Shown: one piece after another, positions 31,139 through 40,414 of the stretch
Layout of the letters: each line of letters opens with the position of its first letter
How positions within the stretch are numbered: position 1 is the first letter of the stretch
Source of the DNA: a bacterium
Lineage (GTDB): Bacteria; Babelota; Babeliae; Babelales; JAUWHS01
NCBI GenBank assembly: GCA_043818275.1
Contig: JBDRFY010000036.1
Location: forward strand, 1-48,225
Length of the DNA: 48,225 nucleotides
Direction of reading: 5' to 3'
Position numbers and translations under genes: made by a program
The notes under the pieces: generated by a model
Seen by the model: only the letters and a program-made list of their open reading frames with translations
The model's database searches: none
What the model was told of the DNA's origin: nothing

Positions 31139-31777
31139 ATGACAAATTCCATTGAAGCTTGTAGGAAATGCCGACAAGTTGGTGAAAAATTATTTTTAAA
31201 AGGCACAAAATGTCGTACGGCTAAATGTCCGATAGAAAATAGATTAACATCTCCTGGTCAGCATGGAAAAAAGGCAGGTACTAAAAAATTATCTGAATAT
31301 GGAAAGCAGTTAAGAGAAAAACAAAAAGTTAAAATGATGTATGGTTCTTTAGAACGTCAATTTAGAAGATTTTTTGATATAGCTGTAAAACAAAAAGGTG
31401 TTACTGGCGAGGTTTTATTAAGTTTACTTGAGCGTCGCCTGGATAATGTTGTGTATCGTTTAAAAATGGCTTTTTCCCGTAGACAGGCCCGTCAAATGAT
31501 TGTGCATGGTTCTGTATTGGTAAATGGAAAGATAGTTACCTCTCCTTCTTCTGTTGTTAAACAAAACGATGTAATTTCATTATCTGAAAAAGTTTTGAAT
31601 AATAAAGAGTTTATGTCAAAAGTAGTTGATAAAAGAATTAATATGGGAATTAGAGTTCCTGAATGGTTGGAGCTAAACAAAAAAGAATATAAAGGTGTTA
31701 TTTTGCGTGATCCTGAAAAAATGGATATTGCGGCTCCAATTGAAGAACATTTAATTGTTGAATTGTATTCTAAATAA
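31139..31777 (+). CDS. rpsD: 30S ribosomal protein uS4 (Cys-containing form)
   Basis: CRKCR, SEYGKQLREKQK, LERRLDNVVYR, IVELYSK. Confidence 0.98.
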   Translation: MTNSIEACRKCRQVGEKLFLKGTKCRTAKCPIENRLTSPGQHGKKAGTKKLSEYGKQLREKQKVKMMYGSLERQFRRFFDIAVKQKGVTGEVLLSLLERRLDNVVYRLKMAFSRRQARQMIVHGSVLVNGKIVTSPSSVVKQNDVISLSEKVLNNKEFMSKVVDKRINMGIRVPEWLELNKKEYKGVILRDPEKMDIAAPIEEHLIVELYSK

Positions 31778-31798
31778 AAATAAAAAAATTTAATTTTT

Positions 31799-32875
31799 AT
31801 GGGGGCTTACCAGATGCAGGAAAAAATGATTTACAAACCATTGAATTTACCTAAGTTAAGTTGGAACAAAAAATTATCAACAGATACATTTGGAGAATTA
31901 ATAGTTGAACCTTTGGAACCTGGTTTTGGTCTCACTTTAGGTAATGCTTTAAGAAGATCAATTCTTTCTTCAATCGAAGGATCTGCTGTAACATCTGTAA
32001 TAATCAAGGGCGTTAATAATGAATTTGCATCAGTTAAAGGTGTTATTGAAGATGTTTTAAATGTTTTATTAAATATTAAAAATATAGTTATTAAGAATAA
32101 AACCGGTCACCCTGGCAAAATGCATCTTTTTTATAAGGGTGAAGGTGTTGCAAAAGTTGCAGATATAAAAGCAGATGAACATTTAGAATTAATAAATAAA
32201 GAACATATAATTGCTCATCTTGCGGTAGATGGAGAATTGGAAATAGAGTTTTTTATAGAATCTGGTCGGGGGTATCAGGCTGCGGCATGGCCTCAAGGTG
32301 ATTCTTTGCAAAAAGATGACAGAATTTATCTGGACGCAATGTTTTCTCCTGTTCGAAGAGTTGAATATCACATAGAAAAAACTCGTGTTGGAAAAGAAAT
32401 TGATTACGATAAACTTTTTTTAACAATACAAACAAATGGTTCTATCGCGCCTCAGGATGTTGTTCATTATGCTACATCAGTTTTGAGAACCCAATTAGAA
32501 CATTTCTTGTCTGCGACAGAAATTCCTTTCAATGAAATTTCAAAGCAGGAAGATGAAACAGGTGAAGAAGAAAGTGCTAGTGATGTTGATGGACCAACAA
32601 AAGGATTACCTGTTGATTTATTTTTAAAGCCAATAGAAGAACTGGAATTTTCTGTGCGCGCGCATAACTGTTTAATTGGCGCAGGAATTAAACGTGTTAT
32701 AGATTTGGTTAATTTAACAGAAGATGATGTTTTAAAAATTAAAAACTTTGGTCGCAAATCATTACGTGAAGTTAAAGAGATTTTAAACGCTTTCGGATTA
32801 CATTTAGGCATGAATGTTAAAGAATTGGATTTGAAAAAAGTTTTGAAAGAAAAAGAGGATAAATTAAAATCATGA
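31799..32875 (+). CDS. rpoA: DNA-directed RNA polymerase subunit alpha (start may be 31814)
   Basis: EPLEPGFGLTLGNALRR, FSVRAHNCL, NFGRKSL. Confidence 0.98.
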   Translation: MGAYQMQEKMIYKPLNLPKLSWNKKLSTDTFGELIVEPLEPGFGLTLGNALRRSILSSIEGSAVTSVIIKGVNNEFASVKGVIEDVLNVLLNIKNIVIKNKTGHPGKMHLFYKGEGVAKVADIKADEHLELINKEHIIAHLAVDGELEIEFFIESGRGYQAAAWPQGDSLQKDDRIYLDAMFSPVRRVEYHIEKTRVGKEIDYDKLFLTIQTNGSIAPQDVVHYATSVLRTQLEHFLSATEIPFNEISKQEDETGEEESASDVDGPTKGLPVDLFLKPIEELEFSVRAHNCLIGAGIKRVIDLVNLTEDDVLKIKNFGRKSLREVKEILNAFGLHLGMNVKELDLKKVLKEKEDKLKS

Positions 32876-33228
32876 AGCATCAAAGTGGAAGAAAAAAATT
32901 AAATAAAAGACCGGCTCATAAAAAAGCCATGATAAGAAATCAGGTTATCCATTTGATTAATTATGGTTTTTTACAAACAACAAAAGCCAGAGTTAAAGAG
33001 GTGCAAAAAACTGCTGAAAAGCTTGTAACAATTGCAAAAAAGGGTTCAGATTTTAATGTGATTCGCAGAATAAAACAAGAACTACCTTATAATGCAGCAA
33101 TGGTTGAAAAACTTATTAAAGAAATTGCGCCAAAATATGTTCAACGACCTGGTGGATATACAAAAGTTATTCCTTTAGGTCAGCGTCAAAGTGACACTGC
33201 TAAAATTGCCCGTTTAGAGTGGGTTTAA
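32872..33228 (+). CDS. rplQ: 50S ribosomal protein bL17
   Basis: MKHQSGRKKL, TTKARVKE, RPGGYT. Confidence 0.97.
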   Translation: MKHQSGRKKLNKRPAHKKAMIRNQVIHLINYGFLQTTKARVKEVQKTAEKLVTIAKKGSDFNVIRRIKQELPYNAAMVEKLIKEIAPKYVQRPGGYTKVIPLGQRQSDTAKIARLEWV

Positions 33229-33241
33229 TTTTAAAATAAAT

Positions 33242-33274
33242 GGCGTCGATAAAATCGGCGCCTTCTCTTTTTTT
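33242..33274 (+). terminator. Terminator ending the ribosomal superoperon
   Basis: ggcgtcgat-aaa-atcggcgcc hairpin followed by pyrimidine/T run. Confidence 0.7.
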
Positions 33275-33280
33275 GTCATT

Positions 33281-33311
33281 TCTTTACAAATATAATTGTT
33301 CTGACTAAAAT
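33281..33311 (+). promoter_or_regulatory. Promoter with imperfect palindromic operator (copy 1)
   Basis: TTTACA-17 nt-TAAAAT; 27/31 identical to 36311-36341. Confidence 0.7.
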
Positions 33312-33391
33312 TTCTTCATGTGTAATGTTTTAATAATCGTTTGTTTTTATTGGAGAGTTTTTTTGTAGTATTTACAAAAAGGGAGAATAGG

Positions 33392-35185
33392 ATGCTTAAA
33401 AAATTTTTTCTGATCATATTTTTTCTGGGAATTTTTTCAACGACATTTCTTGTAGCTGATGATGAATTCAATCCCCAATTTCGTAGTAATTTAAGACCGG
33501 TAACAGCTTTGCAAATTCAGCGGGCAAAAGAAGAAGGCATTGATGTATCAGATTTTTTGCATGAGATCGCGATTACTCAACCAATTCTGCCGCAACCAAA
33601 ACCAACAAATGTAGATCCACAAAGACCCTCTTTTATTTCTAAACCAAGTAGGCCTGTTTCCAGACCAAATTCACAGGATACTTTTAGAAATATTGAAGAA
33701 GGAGATTTGCGTACTTTTATAATTCCGGAAGATCTTCAGGGTTTAAAATTATTAGACAATTTGGATGATTATACACGCTATGAAGACCAGACGATGGATT
33801 TTAATAATGTAGCCGAGAACGATGCTTTATCAAATGTTCGAGCTATCAATTTTAGTTTGAGCCCAATTTCCGGCGTTAATATGGTAATAACAAATGGAGC
33901 TGTTTTGGTTCAGGGTTCTGATGATATCGAAATTAAAAAAGATTTTCATGTTATTAATGTTATCGGAAAAGAAAATAGATTTCAGGTTACAAAAAAAATA
34001 ACAGTCGATGGTGATGGAATTGATTCCGGATTATTTTTGGCAGAAGGCGCAGAATTAATTTTTGAATTTATAAATGATGGCTCAACCGTTCCTGAAGTTT
34101 ATTTCAAGCCAAATTTTTTAATGAATTTACCTAAAAATGCAATTTTAAGATTTGAGGGTGAAGGAGTTGTTACATTTGGAGATGCTTCACGAATTAATTT
34201 AAATGGTGACAGAACTGCAAATCCAAAAGAAATTGTAACTTTTGCGAATAAACCGGTAATAAGAATTACAACAAGATCTATTGTCACTGTAGAAACTGGC
34301 GGAAAAGCAAATATCAGTGGAATTGGAACAGTAGAAATTACAAATGGCGCAAGTATAGTAATTGATGATGCAGGGCAGTTAGTTTTGGGTGAAAATTTAG
34401 CAACAGCATTTAATAATGGATATAAATATACTGAATTGAATATTCCAAATGAGACTACAGGTGTTTATTACGATTTAGCTGATGTAAAAAGAATGTATTT
34501 TGTAAATAGTTCAAGCGCCATGTTGGATATTAAAATTAAAGATTCTGGTTTAATAGAATTATCAAATTCAGGAATTCTTTCTGTTGGTTATTTAAAATCA
34601 ACATTAGAATTTATTCAGGGCGGAATGTTGGCTATTAGAAATGGCGGAAAATTTGAAATTAATCTTGATGATAGCAATGTAGCAGAAGGTCTTTTAAGCG
34701 TATTTCATTTTGGTCCGGGATCAAAACTTGCAATTGATGAAACCGGAAAATTATCAATGGCCGCCAATTATTATAATTCATTGATGTCAGACGCTTCCGG
34801 TCATACATTAGAATTTTTTGTAGACTGGACAGCAAAAGATGCTGCATCGCAAGGTGATGGACTTGTTGGATTTATTGATCGTACAGGTTCAAACAACAGA
34901 AGTTTTACAGGTAAATTTATTCCCTCTAATGCAATTTACAGAAACTCGGATGAACAAATTGAATTGTTGGCAGAAAAGTTGGTTAATACGAATTCAGGTC
35001 TTGCGGTAACAATTGTTTATACCGATGAAAATAATTTTTCCAAATTCAGAACAATGAATGGAGTTTCAGTTCAAATTCAGAGCGGTTATACCGTTATCAG
35101 TGATAATGCTACAACCGGAGCCGTAACTTTGAAAAATTCTGCAGGTAAAACGTTGAAATATGATGCAAATGGTAATCAAATTTAA
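33392..35185 (+). CDS. Large secreted hypothetical protein, predicted beta-helix-like passenger
   Basis: agggag RBS, signal peptide MLKKFFLIIFFLGIFSTTFLVA, Pro-rich linker, G/N/I/V-rich beta-repeat composition. Confidence 0.75.
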   Translation: MLKKFFLIIFFLGIFSTTFLVADDEFNPQFRSNLRPVTALQIQRAKEEGIDVSDFLHEIAITQPILPQPKPTNVDPQRPSFISKPSRPVSRPNSQDTFRNIEEGDLRTFIIPEDLQGLKLLDNLDDYTRYEDQTMDFNNVAENDALSNVRAINFSLSPISGVNMVITNGAVLVQGSDDIEIKKDFHVINVIGKENRFQVTKKITVDGDGIDSGLFLAEGAELIFEFINDGSTVPEVYFKPNFLMNLPKNAILRFEGEGVVTFGDASRINLNGDRTANPKEIVTFANKPVIRITTRSIVTVETGGKANISGIGTVEITNGASIVIDDAGQLVLGENLATAFNNGYKYTELNIPNETTGVYYDLADVKRMYFVNSSSAMLDIKIKDSGLIELSNSGILSVGYLKSTLEFIQGGMLAIRNGGKFEINLDDSNVAEGLLSVFHFGPGSKLAIDETGKLSMAANYYNSLMSDASGHTLEFFVDWTAKDAASQGDGLVGFIDRTGSNNRSFTGKFIPSNAIYRNSDEQIELLAEKLVNTNSGLAVTIVYTDENNFSKFRTMNGVSVQIQSGYTVISDNATTGAVTLKNSAGKTLKYDANGNQI

Positions 35186-35196
35186 TAAGTAAAATT

Positions 35197-35243
35197 GAAA
35201 TAAAAAAGGCCGGGAGTTTTAAATGCCCGGCCTTTTTTATTTC
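35197..35243. terminator. Intrinsic terminator
   Basis: 18-bp stem gaaataaaaaaggccggg/cccggccttttttatttc. Confidence 0.85.
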
Positions 35244-35318
35244 TAAAAACTTGAACTAATTTGTTTTTTATTTTTATATCTAATCCTATTAAATAACTTT
35301 TTTAATAAAAGGACCACA

Positions 35319-36278
35319 ATGAAATGTAAAAATTGTGTTGGTTCAGGTAATGTTGCAATTATTGGGGCGGGCAATGTTGGAAGTACCGCGGCTTTTACAA
35401 TAATGCTTGATGGTATTGCCAATAAAATTACATTAATTGATATAAATAAACAAAAAGCTGATGGAGAAAAATTAGATTTATGTCATGGTATGCAATTTAC
35501 AAAAAAATTAATTGAAATAGAAGCGGGCGATTCTTTTGAATTGGTTTGCGATGCTGAAGTTATTGTAATTTGCGCTGGCGTTGCTCAAAAAAAGGGGGAG
35601 AAAAGAACAGACATTCTTGAAAAAAATGTAAAAGTATTTAAACAAATTATTCCGGAAATAAAAAAATATAATCAGGAAGCAATTTTGTTGGTCATTACAA
35701 ACCCCGTTGATATTTTAACATACATAACGTATAAACTTTCAGGTTTTGATAAATATAGGGTTTTTAGTTCAGGAACAGTTTTGGATACCGCGCGATTACG
35801 TTTTTTACTTGGAAAACATTTTAAAGTTAGCCCAAAAGATATTTCCGCGTATGTTTTGGGGGAACATGGAGATACAGAGTTTGTTTGGTGGAGCAAAGCT
35901 GAAATTGGTGGTGTTTCGCTTGAAAAATTTAATGGTTATTCCAAAAAAGTTTTAGATGAAATTTATTTGCGGGTTAAAAATTCAGCCGAAGAAATTATAA
36001 GTAAAAAAGGAATGACAAATTATGCTATCGGATTAGTTATTTCAAAAATTGTCCGGTCAATCTTACTGGATCAGTCCAGAGTTTTTACAGTTTCCACCGT
36101 GCTTAATGATTATTTAGGTGCGGATGAAGTGTGCTTAAGTATTCCAACAATTGTAAGACGTGGTGGTATTTACAGACAACTTGCGATTGATTTAAATCCG
36201 GACGAAAAGGAACAATTTAAATTGGGATCGGATAAAATTAAGCAATTTATTAATCTGGCTGAGAAATTTTTAGATTGA
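35319..36278 (+). CDS. ldh: L-lactate dehydrogenase (LDH/MDH family)
   Basis: GAGNVG, AGVAQKKGEKR loop with Gln typical of LDH, TNPVD, GTVLDTARLR, GEHGD. Confidence 0.88.
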   Translation: MKCKNCVGSGNVAIIGAGNVGSTAAFTIMLDGIANKITLIDINKQKADGEKLDLCHGMQFTKKLIEIEAGDSFELVCDAEVIVICAGVAQKKGEKRTDILEKNVKVFKQIIPEIKKYNQEAILLVITNPVDILTYITYKLSGFDKYRVFSSGTVLDTARLRFLLGKHFKVSPKDISAYVLGEHGDTEFVWWSKAEIGGVSLEKFNGYSKKVLDEIYLRVKNSAEEIISKKGMTNYAIGLVISKIVRSILLDQSRVFTVSTVLNDYLGADEVCLSIPTIVRRGGIYRQLAIDLNPDEKEQFKLGSDKIKQFINLAEKFLD

Positions 36279-36310
36279 TACTTTCATATTGTTGAGCTAA
36301 AAGCTCAAAC

Positions 36311-36341
36311 TCTTTACAAATATATTTGTACGGATTAAAAT
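36311..36341 (+). promoter_or_regulatory. Promoter with perfect 16-bp palindromic operator (copy 2)
   Basis: TTTACA-17 nt-TAAAAT overlapping tacaaatatatttgta (36315-36330). Confidence 0.7.
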
Positions 36342-36410
36342 CAGTTTTGCATATATTTAAAAATTGCAAAATATTCTTCAGCACAGAGCTTTAAATCAAA
36401 AGGGAGAAGG

Positions 36411-38363
36411 ATGAGAGGAAAGTTTCTGCGCAATATAATTCTTTTTTTAGTGGCCGCTAATTTTACTGGATTAATTTCAGGAATAGAATTTAGCAGTCAG
36501 GATTCAACTATTAAAGTTTTTTCCGGTTCTTCTTTTTATAATAATTCCAGTGGGTTAATTATTGATGGAACCTTAGTTCAAAAAACAGGTGGTAGTTTAC
36601 TTGGAAATTCTATTGCTTTTTCCGAAGGCGTTTTTAAACCAGATTCTACTTCTAATGGAGATATAGCTTTAGATGGAATTGGAGATGTGATTTTGAATGG
36701 TTACACCTCATTATCCAGTTCCTGGGTATTTTCTGGAACCAATAGAATTAATGGTAATGGAAATGTATTGGATTTGTCTTCCGGTGGAATGTTGGTGTTG
36801 TTGCCATGGTCAAACCTTTCTTTGACCGATATTTTTATTAGTGGTCTAGGGGATACTGGCGGAAAAGGAAAGATATTATTTTTTGATAATAATGGAAAAG
36901 TTATTTTAAGTAACGCGGATGTTAAAGTTGATAATGATGTGACATATACACTTGGAAGTTTTTATGTTGATGGTCCTTCAACAATGTTTCTTGCGGATAA
37001 AAATATAATATTTAACACAAACGCTACTTTGACTGTCGATGGAGTTACTTTGTGGAAAGATCCGTTGGATGCTTTAAGTTCGGGTGATATTTTATTTGGT
37101 TCAAGTTTAAATCTGGATTTAGTTTCAAATGGTACAATAAAAACATTTGTTTCAGGCGCTGATGTATCAAATATTCAATCACTGGTTGTTCAGAATAGTA
37201 ACGCGATTGTAACCTGTTGTGAAAATCCATTGATTGGAAATATTTCAACAAATATAACCCTGGATAAAAGTCATTTTATTAATCCAAACGAACAAATTGT
37301 TATAACTGAAAATGTTACAATCAACGGTCAGGGAAGCATTGCGTATTTTGCGGGAAAAGATAAACCTGTTGGACCTCAATTCGTTGTTATGCCCGGTAAA
37401 ACAGTTACATTAAATAACATAAAATTAATTGGAATTGTTTCTGACACATTTTCCATGATGACTGATTCATCTCAAATTATTGTTGGACAAAATGTGGTGT
37501 TTGGTTTGGATGAAAATGTTACATTTACACGAGGTAAATTTCAGATTACCGGTCAAAGTGTATTTAATATTTTGGGAATTGGTGGACAAAAAACTTTGAA
37601 ATTTGCTCCGGGTGATCCGACAAATACTCCAATGTTTAATCTTGGTTTTGGTACACTTGCATTGCAAGATATTGAACTTACCGGACTTGAATATTTCACT
37701 TATCAAACGTCAGGTAATGTTACAGGCGCGCTTGGTCTGGTTGGAAATACGGCGGTTAATATTGAAAAATCTAACAACATGGTTTTTTATATTGAAAGTC
37801 TGGATAACACGTTCAGGTTGCTGGAAAATAATTTGTGGTTTAACGGATTTTTAAATTATGCCCAAACAGGAGATAATGCTTTGCATTTTGATTTTGTTCT
37901 GCGTTCGCCAGTTGAATCTTTGGACGCAAAAGCTCAACTTCAAAGTGGAAAAGTTCCTGTTATAAATTTTGCGACTAATTTTATTTATCTAACATCATCA
38001 AACGGAATAGCGCGAATAATTTTTGATGATGCAAGCGTTAAAATATATAACCAGGCAAATGCATTTGTCGTGATTGAAAATTCATATCTTGGAGCAAATA
38101 AATTACAAGTATCAGGAGATCCAATTTGGGACGCATCAAGTGAAACGGCAAAAAACAGATTTGCGGTTGAAGCAATTGAATTAGAAGCTGTCGGCTTTAC
38201 AAGTGACATTATTCCTGAATTTGGTATTCCAATTATTGTTGATTCTGGACATCACAGATCAATTTTTGATATTCGTTCTATTATTAGTGAAAAAGATTTA
38301 TTAAATTTTTTGAATAAGCAAGATAGGCCTAAATCTGCATTGCAACTGGAGCAGGAAGAGTAA
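36411..38363 (+). CDS. Large secreted hypothetical protein, predicted beta-helix domains, possibly C-terminally truncated
   Basis: agggag RBS, signal peptide, two INGxG-initiated beta-rich modules separated by a QNSNAIV linker. Confidence 0.75.
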   Translation: MRGKFLRNIILFLVAANFTGLISGIEFSSQDSTIKVFSGSSFYNNSSGLIIDGTLVQKTGGSLLGNSIAFSEGVFKPDSTSNGDIALDGIGDVILNGYTSLSSSWVFSGTNRINGNGNVLDLSSGGMLVLLPWSNLSLTDIFISGLGDTGGKGKILFFDNNGKVILSNADVKVDNDVTYTLGSFYVDGPSTMFLADKNIIFNTNATLTVDGVTLWKDPLDALSSGDILFGSSLNLDLVSNGTIKTFVSGADVSNIQSLVVQNSNAIVTCCENPLIGNISTNITLDKSHFINPNEQIVITENVTINGQGSIAYFAGKDKPVGPQFVVMPGKTVTLNNIKLIGIVSDTFSMMTDSSQIIVGQNVVFGLDENVTFTRGKFQITGQSVFNILGIGGQKTLKFAPGDPTNTPMFNLGFGTLALQDIELTGLEYFTYQTSGNVTGALGLVGNTAVNIEKSNNMVFYIESLDNTFRLLENNLWFNGFLNYAQTGDNALHFDFVLRSPVESLDAKAQLQSGKVPVINFATNFIYLTSSNGIARIIFDDASVKIYNQANAFVVIENSYLGANKLQVSGDPIWDASSETAKNRFAVEAIELEAVGFTSDIIPEFGIPIIVDSGHHRSIFDIRSIISEKDLLNFLNKQDRPKSALQLEQEE

Positions 38364-38388
38364 GGTGGATGATAATCTTTGAATTTAA

Positions 38389-38443
38389 TTTGACAAGTCC
38401 TATGAGGGACGAAAGTAATTAGCCTTGGGTTTTAACCCGTGGT
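38389..38443 (+). repeat. REP-like single arm
   Basis: tttgacaagtcc..gggacgaaagt matches 122-154; gggttttaacccgtggt matches 44655-44671. Confidence 0.8.
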
Positions 38444-38495
38444 AGTAATGTTTGGGTTGTTGTTTAATTAAACAGGGAGAAAAAAAGGATAGAGT

Positions 38496-40322
38496 ATGAA
38501 AATGAAAAAAATTTTATTGACCGTTGTTGTCGCGGCAGTTTCTTTTGGCAACGCAGTTTTTGCTTTTGATTACGACATGGATGAAATGAATGAGAATGAA
38601 AAAGTCGCGTGGTTCTGGACAAAAAAAGACGAAGATAAAGCAAAAGTAAAACAGGAAAAAAAAGAAAAAAAACAAACTGCAAAAGCAGAAAAGAAAGCGG
38701 AAAAAACAAAAGAGAAAAAGACAAAAAAAGTTCAAAAAGAAAAGAAGAAAGAGAAAAAACAAAAGAAACAGGAAGTTAAAAAAGAAAAGAAAGTAGAAAA
38801 GAAACAAGTTAAAAAGGTAAAAAAAGAGAAAAAGAAAGAGGCAAAAGTAGAAAAAGGCGAAACTTGCCCACTTAAATATACCGATGAAGACGCCGTTGAT
38901 AAGTATGTGGCAATCTGGGAAGAAGATTTAGCCAATTATCAAAGCGATTCCAGAACGCAACGCAATAATCTGATTGCCGCCTGGAAACAAAATCGCAAAA
39001 TGGCAGTTGATAAAGAATATACCGATGGAAAATACGCCGATTTATATAAACTTCCAACCTGGCCATTCGAAGCATTATTTGCGGAACATAGTTCATTATT
39101 AAACGTAAAAGAAGTATTTACGTATCAAACATCCGCTTACGGATCAAATGGAACAAAATTTGATTTATCAAAAAACATTTTTGGCGAAGATCCTGTAAGA
39201 TTGCGTGATATTTTGCTTGCATTTAAATTGATCGCAAATTGTGTGGTTGATGATAATAATTTAGACGATATTCTTTCTTATGGAAGTATTCTTTCTCTGG
39301 GATGGTTGCCAGAAAACGATTATATTAATTTAATAGCAGAATCTGATGAATATAGAACTTCAATTAATTATTCCCGTTATATTGTAGATGATCAGGTTTT
39401 AATTGGTTTTGAAATTCCTGTTGTTTATAAAAAACATTATTTAAAAACCTCTTTTTATAAATATGAATTAGGTAAAGATGAGCATCATACAGCTTTAAAT
39501 TTATTTTTGGTCGAAGGCTCTTTTCAAACAGCGTTTGAAAAAGTTCTCAATTTAAAAGATCTCAACTACAATCAAAAACACAGTGTTACCGGCCTTGGCG
39601 ACATTAATTTATTTATGAATTGCAACATTAGATCCAGATTCTTTGAAAAAGCAAATTGGGGATTCAAGCTTCAACTTCCAACATCAAAAGATCCTGACAA
39701 AACAAAACTTTGGGCTCCGGAATTGGGTGAAGAATTTGTTAAATTTTCGTTGCACGCGGCTATGCTTTGGGGAATCAGGGATTGGTTTAATCCTCACTTT
39801 TTAATTCAGGGAACTTATGCCGCAAGCGCCAATGTTGACAGAAGAATTCCACGCAAAATTAAGCATACCGCTTCAGCAACCCATGATGCGGATTTTAAAG
39901 CTGACGATATGTTGCTTGGTCAATATGTTAAAGAAAATGAACATTCAACATTTGCCGAATGGGATACAACTGTAAAAGGTATGGCTGATGAATCAAGGAA
40001 AGTTTCGCTGCAACCTGGACCGGAAATATTTGTAAGAATCGGCAACATTTTTGAAAAAGTATTATTCCGCCGCGCGTTCCTTGATCTTTACTACGATTTC
40101 AGAGCAAAATTTGAAGACAGCGCTTCAGGATTGGCGGAAGATGATTACAACTTAAGATTAATCGAACAGGGAACAAATCAGATTGAAAATAATATCGGGT
40201 TGAATTTAAGTTATCAGTTTGATTATCATACAAGATTGCAACTTGGCGGCAGATACGGTTTTGCCGGACGCAATGTTCCTCAAAATATGCAACTTTCATG
40301 TAATCTTGGCATAGAATTTTAA
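38496..40322 (+). CDS. Putative outer-membrane beta-barrel protein with Lys/Glu-rich low-complexity N-terminal region
   Basis: Signal peptide ending AVFA, ~80-aa K/E-rich tract, amphipathic strands and terminal ..CNLGIEF beta-signal-like Phe. Confidence 0.65.
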   Translation: MKMKKILLTVVVAAVSFGNAVFAFDYDMDEMNENEKVAWFWTKKDEDKAKVKQEKKEKKQTAKAEKKAEKTKEKKTKKVQKEKKKEKKQKKQEVKKEKKVEKKQVKKVKKEKKKEAKVEKGETCPLKYTDEDAVDKYVAIWEEDLANYQSDSRTQRNNLIAAWKQNRKMAVDKEYTDGKYADLYKLPTWPFEALFAEHSSLLNVKEVFTYQTSAYGSNGTKFDLSKNIFGEDPVRLRDILLAFKLIANCVVDDNNLDDILSYGSILSLGWLPENDYINLIAESDEYRTSINYSRYIVDDQVLIGFEIPVVYKKHYLKTSFYKYELGKDEHHTALNLFLVEGSFQTAFEKVLNLKDLNYNQKHSVTGLGDINLFMNCNIRSRFFEKANWGFKLQLPTSKDPDKTKLWAPELGEEFVKFSLHAAMLWGIRDWFNPHFLIQGTYAASANVDRRIPRKIKHTASATHDADFKADDMLLGQYVKENEHSTFAEWDTTVKGMADESRKVSLQPGPEIFVRIGNIFEKVLFRRAFLDLYYDFRAKFEDSASGLAEDDYNLRLIEQGTNQIENNIGLNLSYQFDYHTRLQLGGRYGFAGRNVPQNMQLSCNLGIEF

Positions 40323-40343
40323 TTAACTAATTTTTAATAATTT

Positions 40344-40372
40344 AGGCGGGAGTTTTTCTCCCGCCTTTTTTT
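40344..40372. terminator. Intrinsic terminator between convergent genes
   Basis: aggcgggag/ctcccgcct stem plus T run. Confidence 0.85.
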
Positions 40373-40414
40373 GTTATAGAATTTTCTTTTTTTATAAATG
40401 AATTTTATATTTTT

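Noticed and set aside
14846..32883. Numerous 60-140-aa antisense/alternate-frame ORFs over ribosomal genes
   Set aside because: They fully overlap highly conserved genes and lack motifs; expected shadow ORFs
38630..38860. Possible CRISPR or tandem DNA repeat in the A-rich tract
   Set aside because: No fixed repeat-spacer periodicity; it is Lys/Glu low-complexity coding sequence. The Phe-rich minus-strand ORFs here are its shadows
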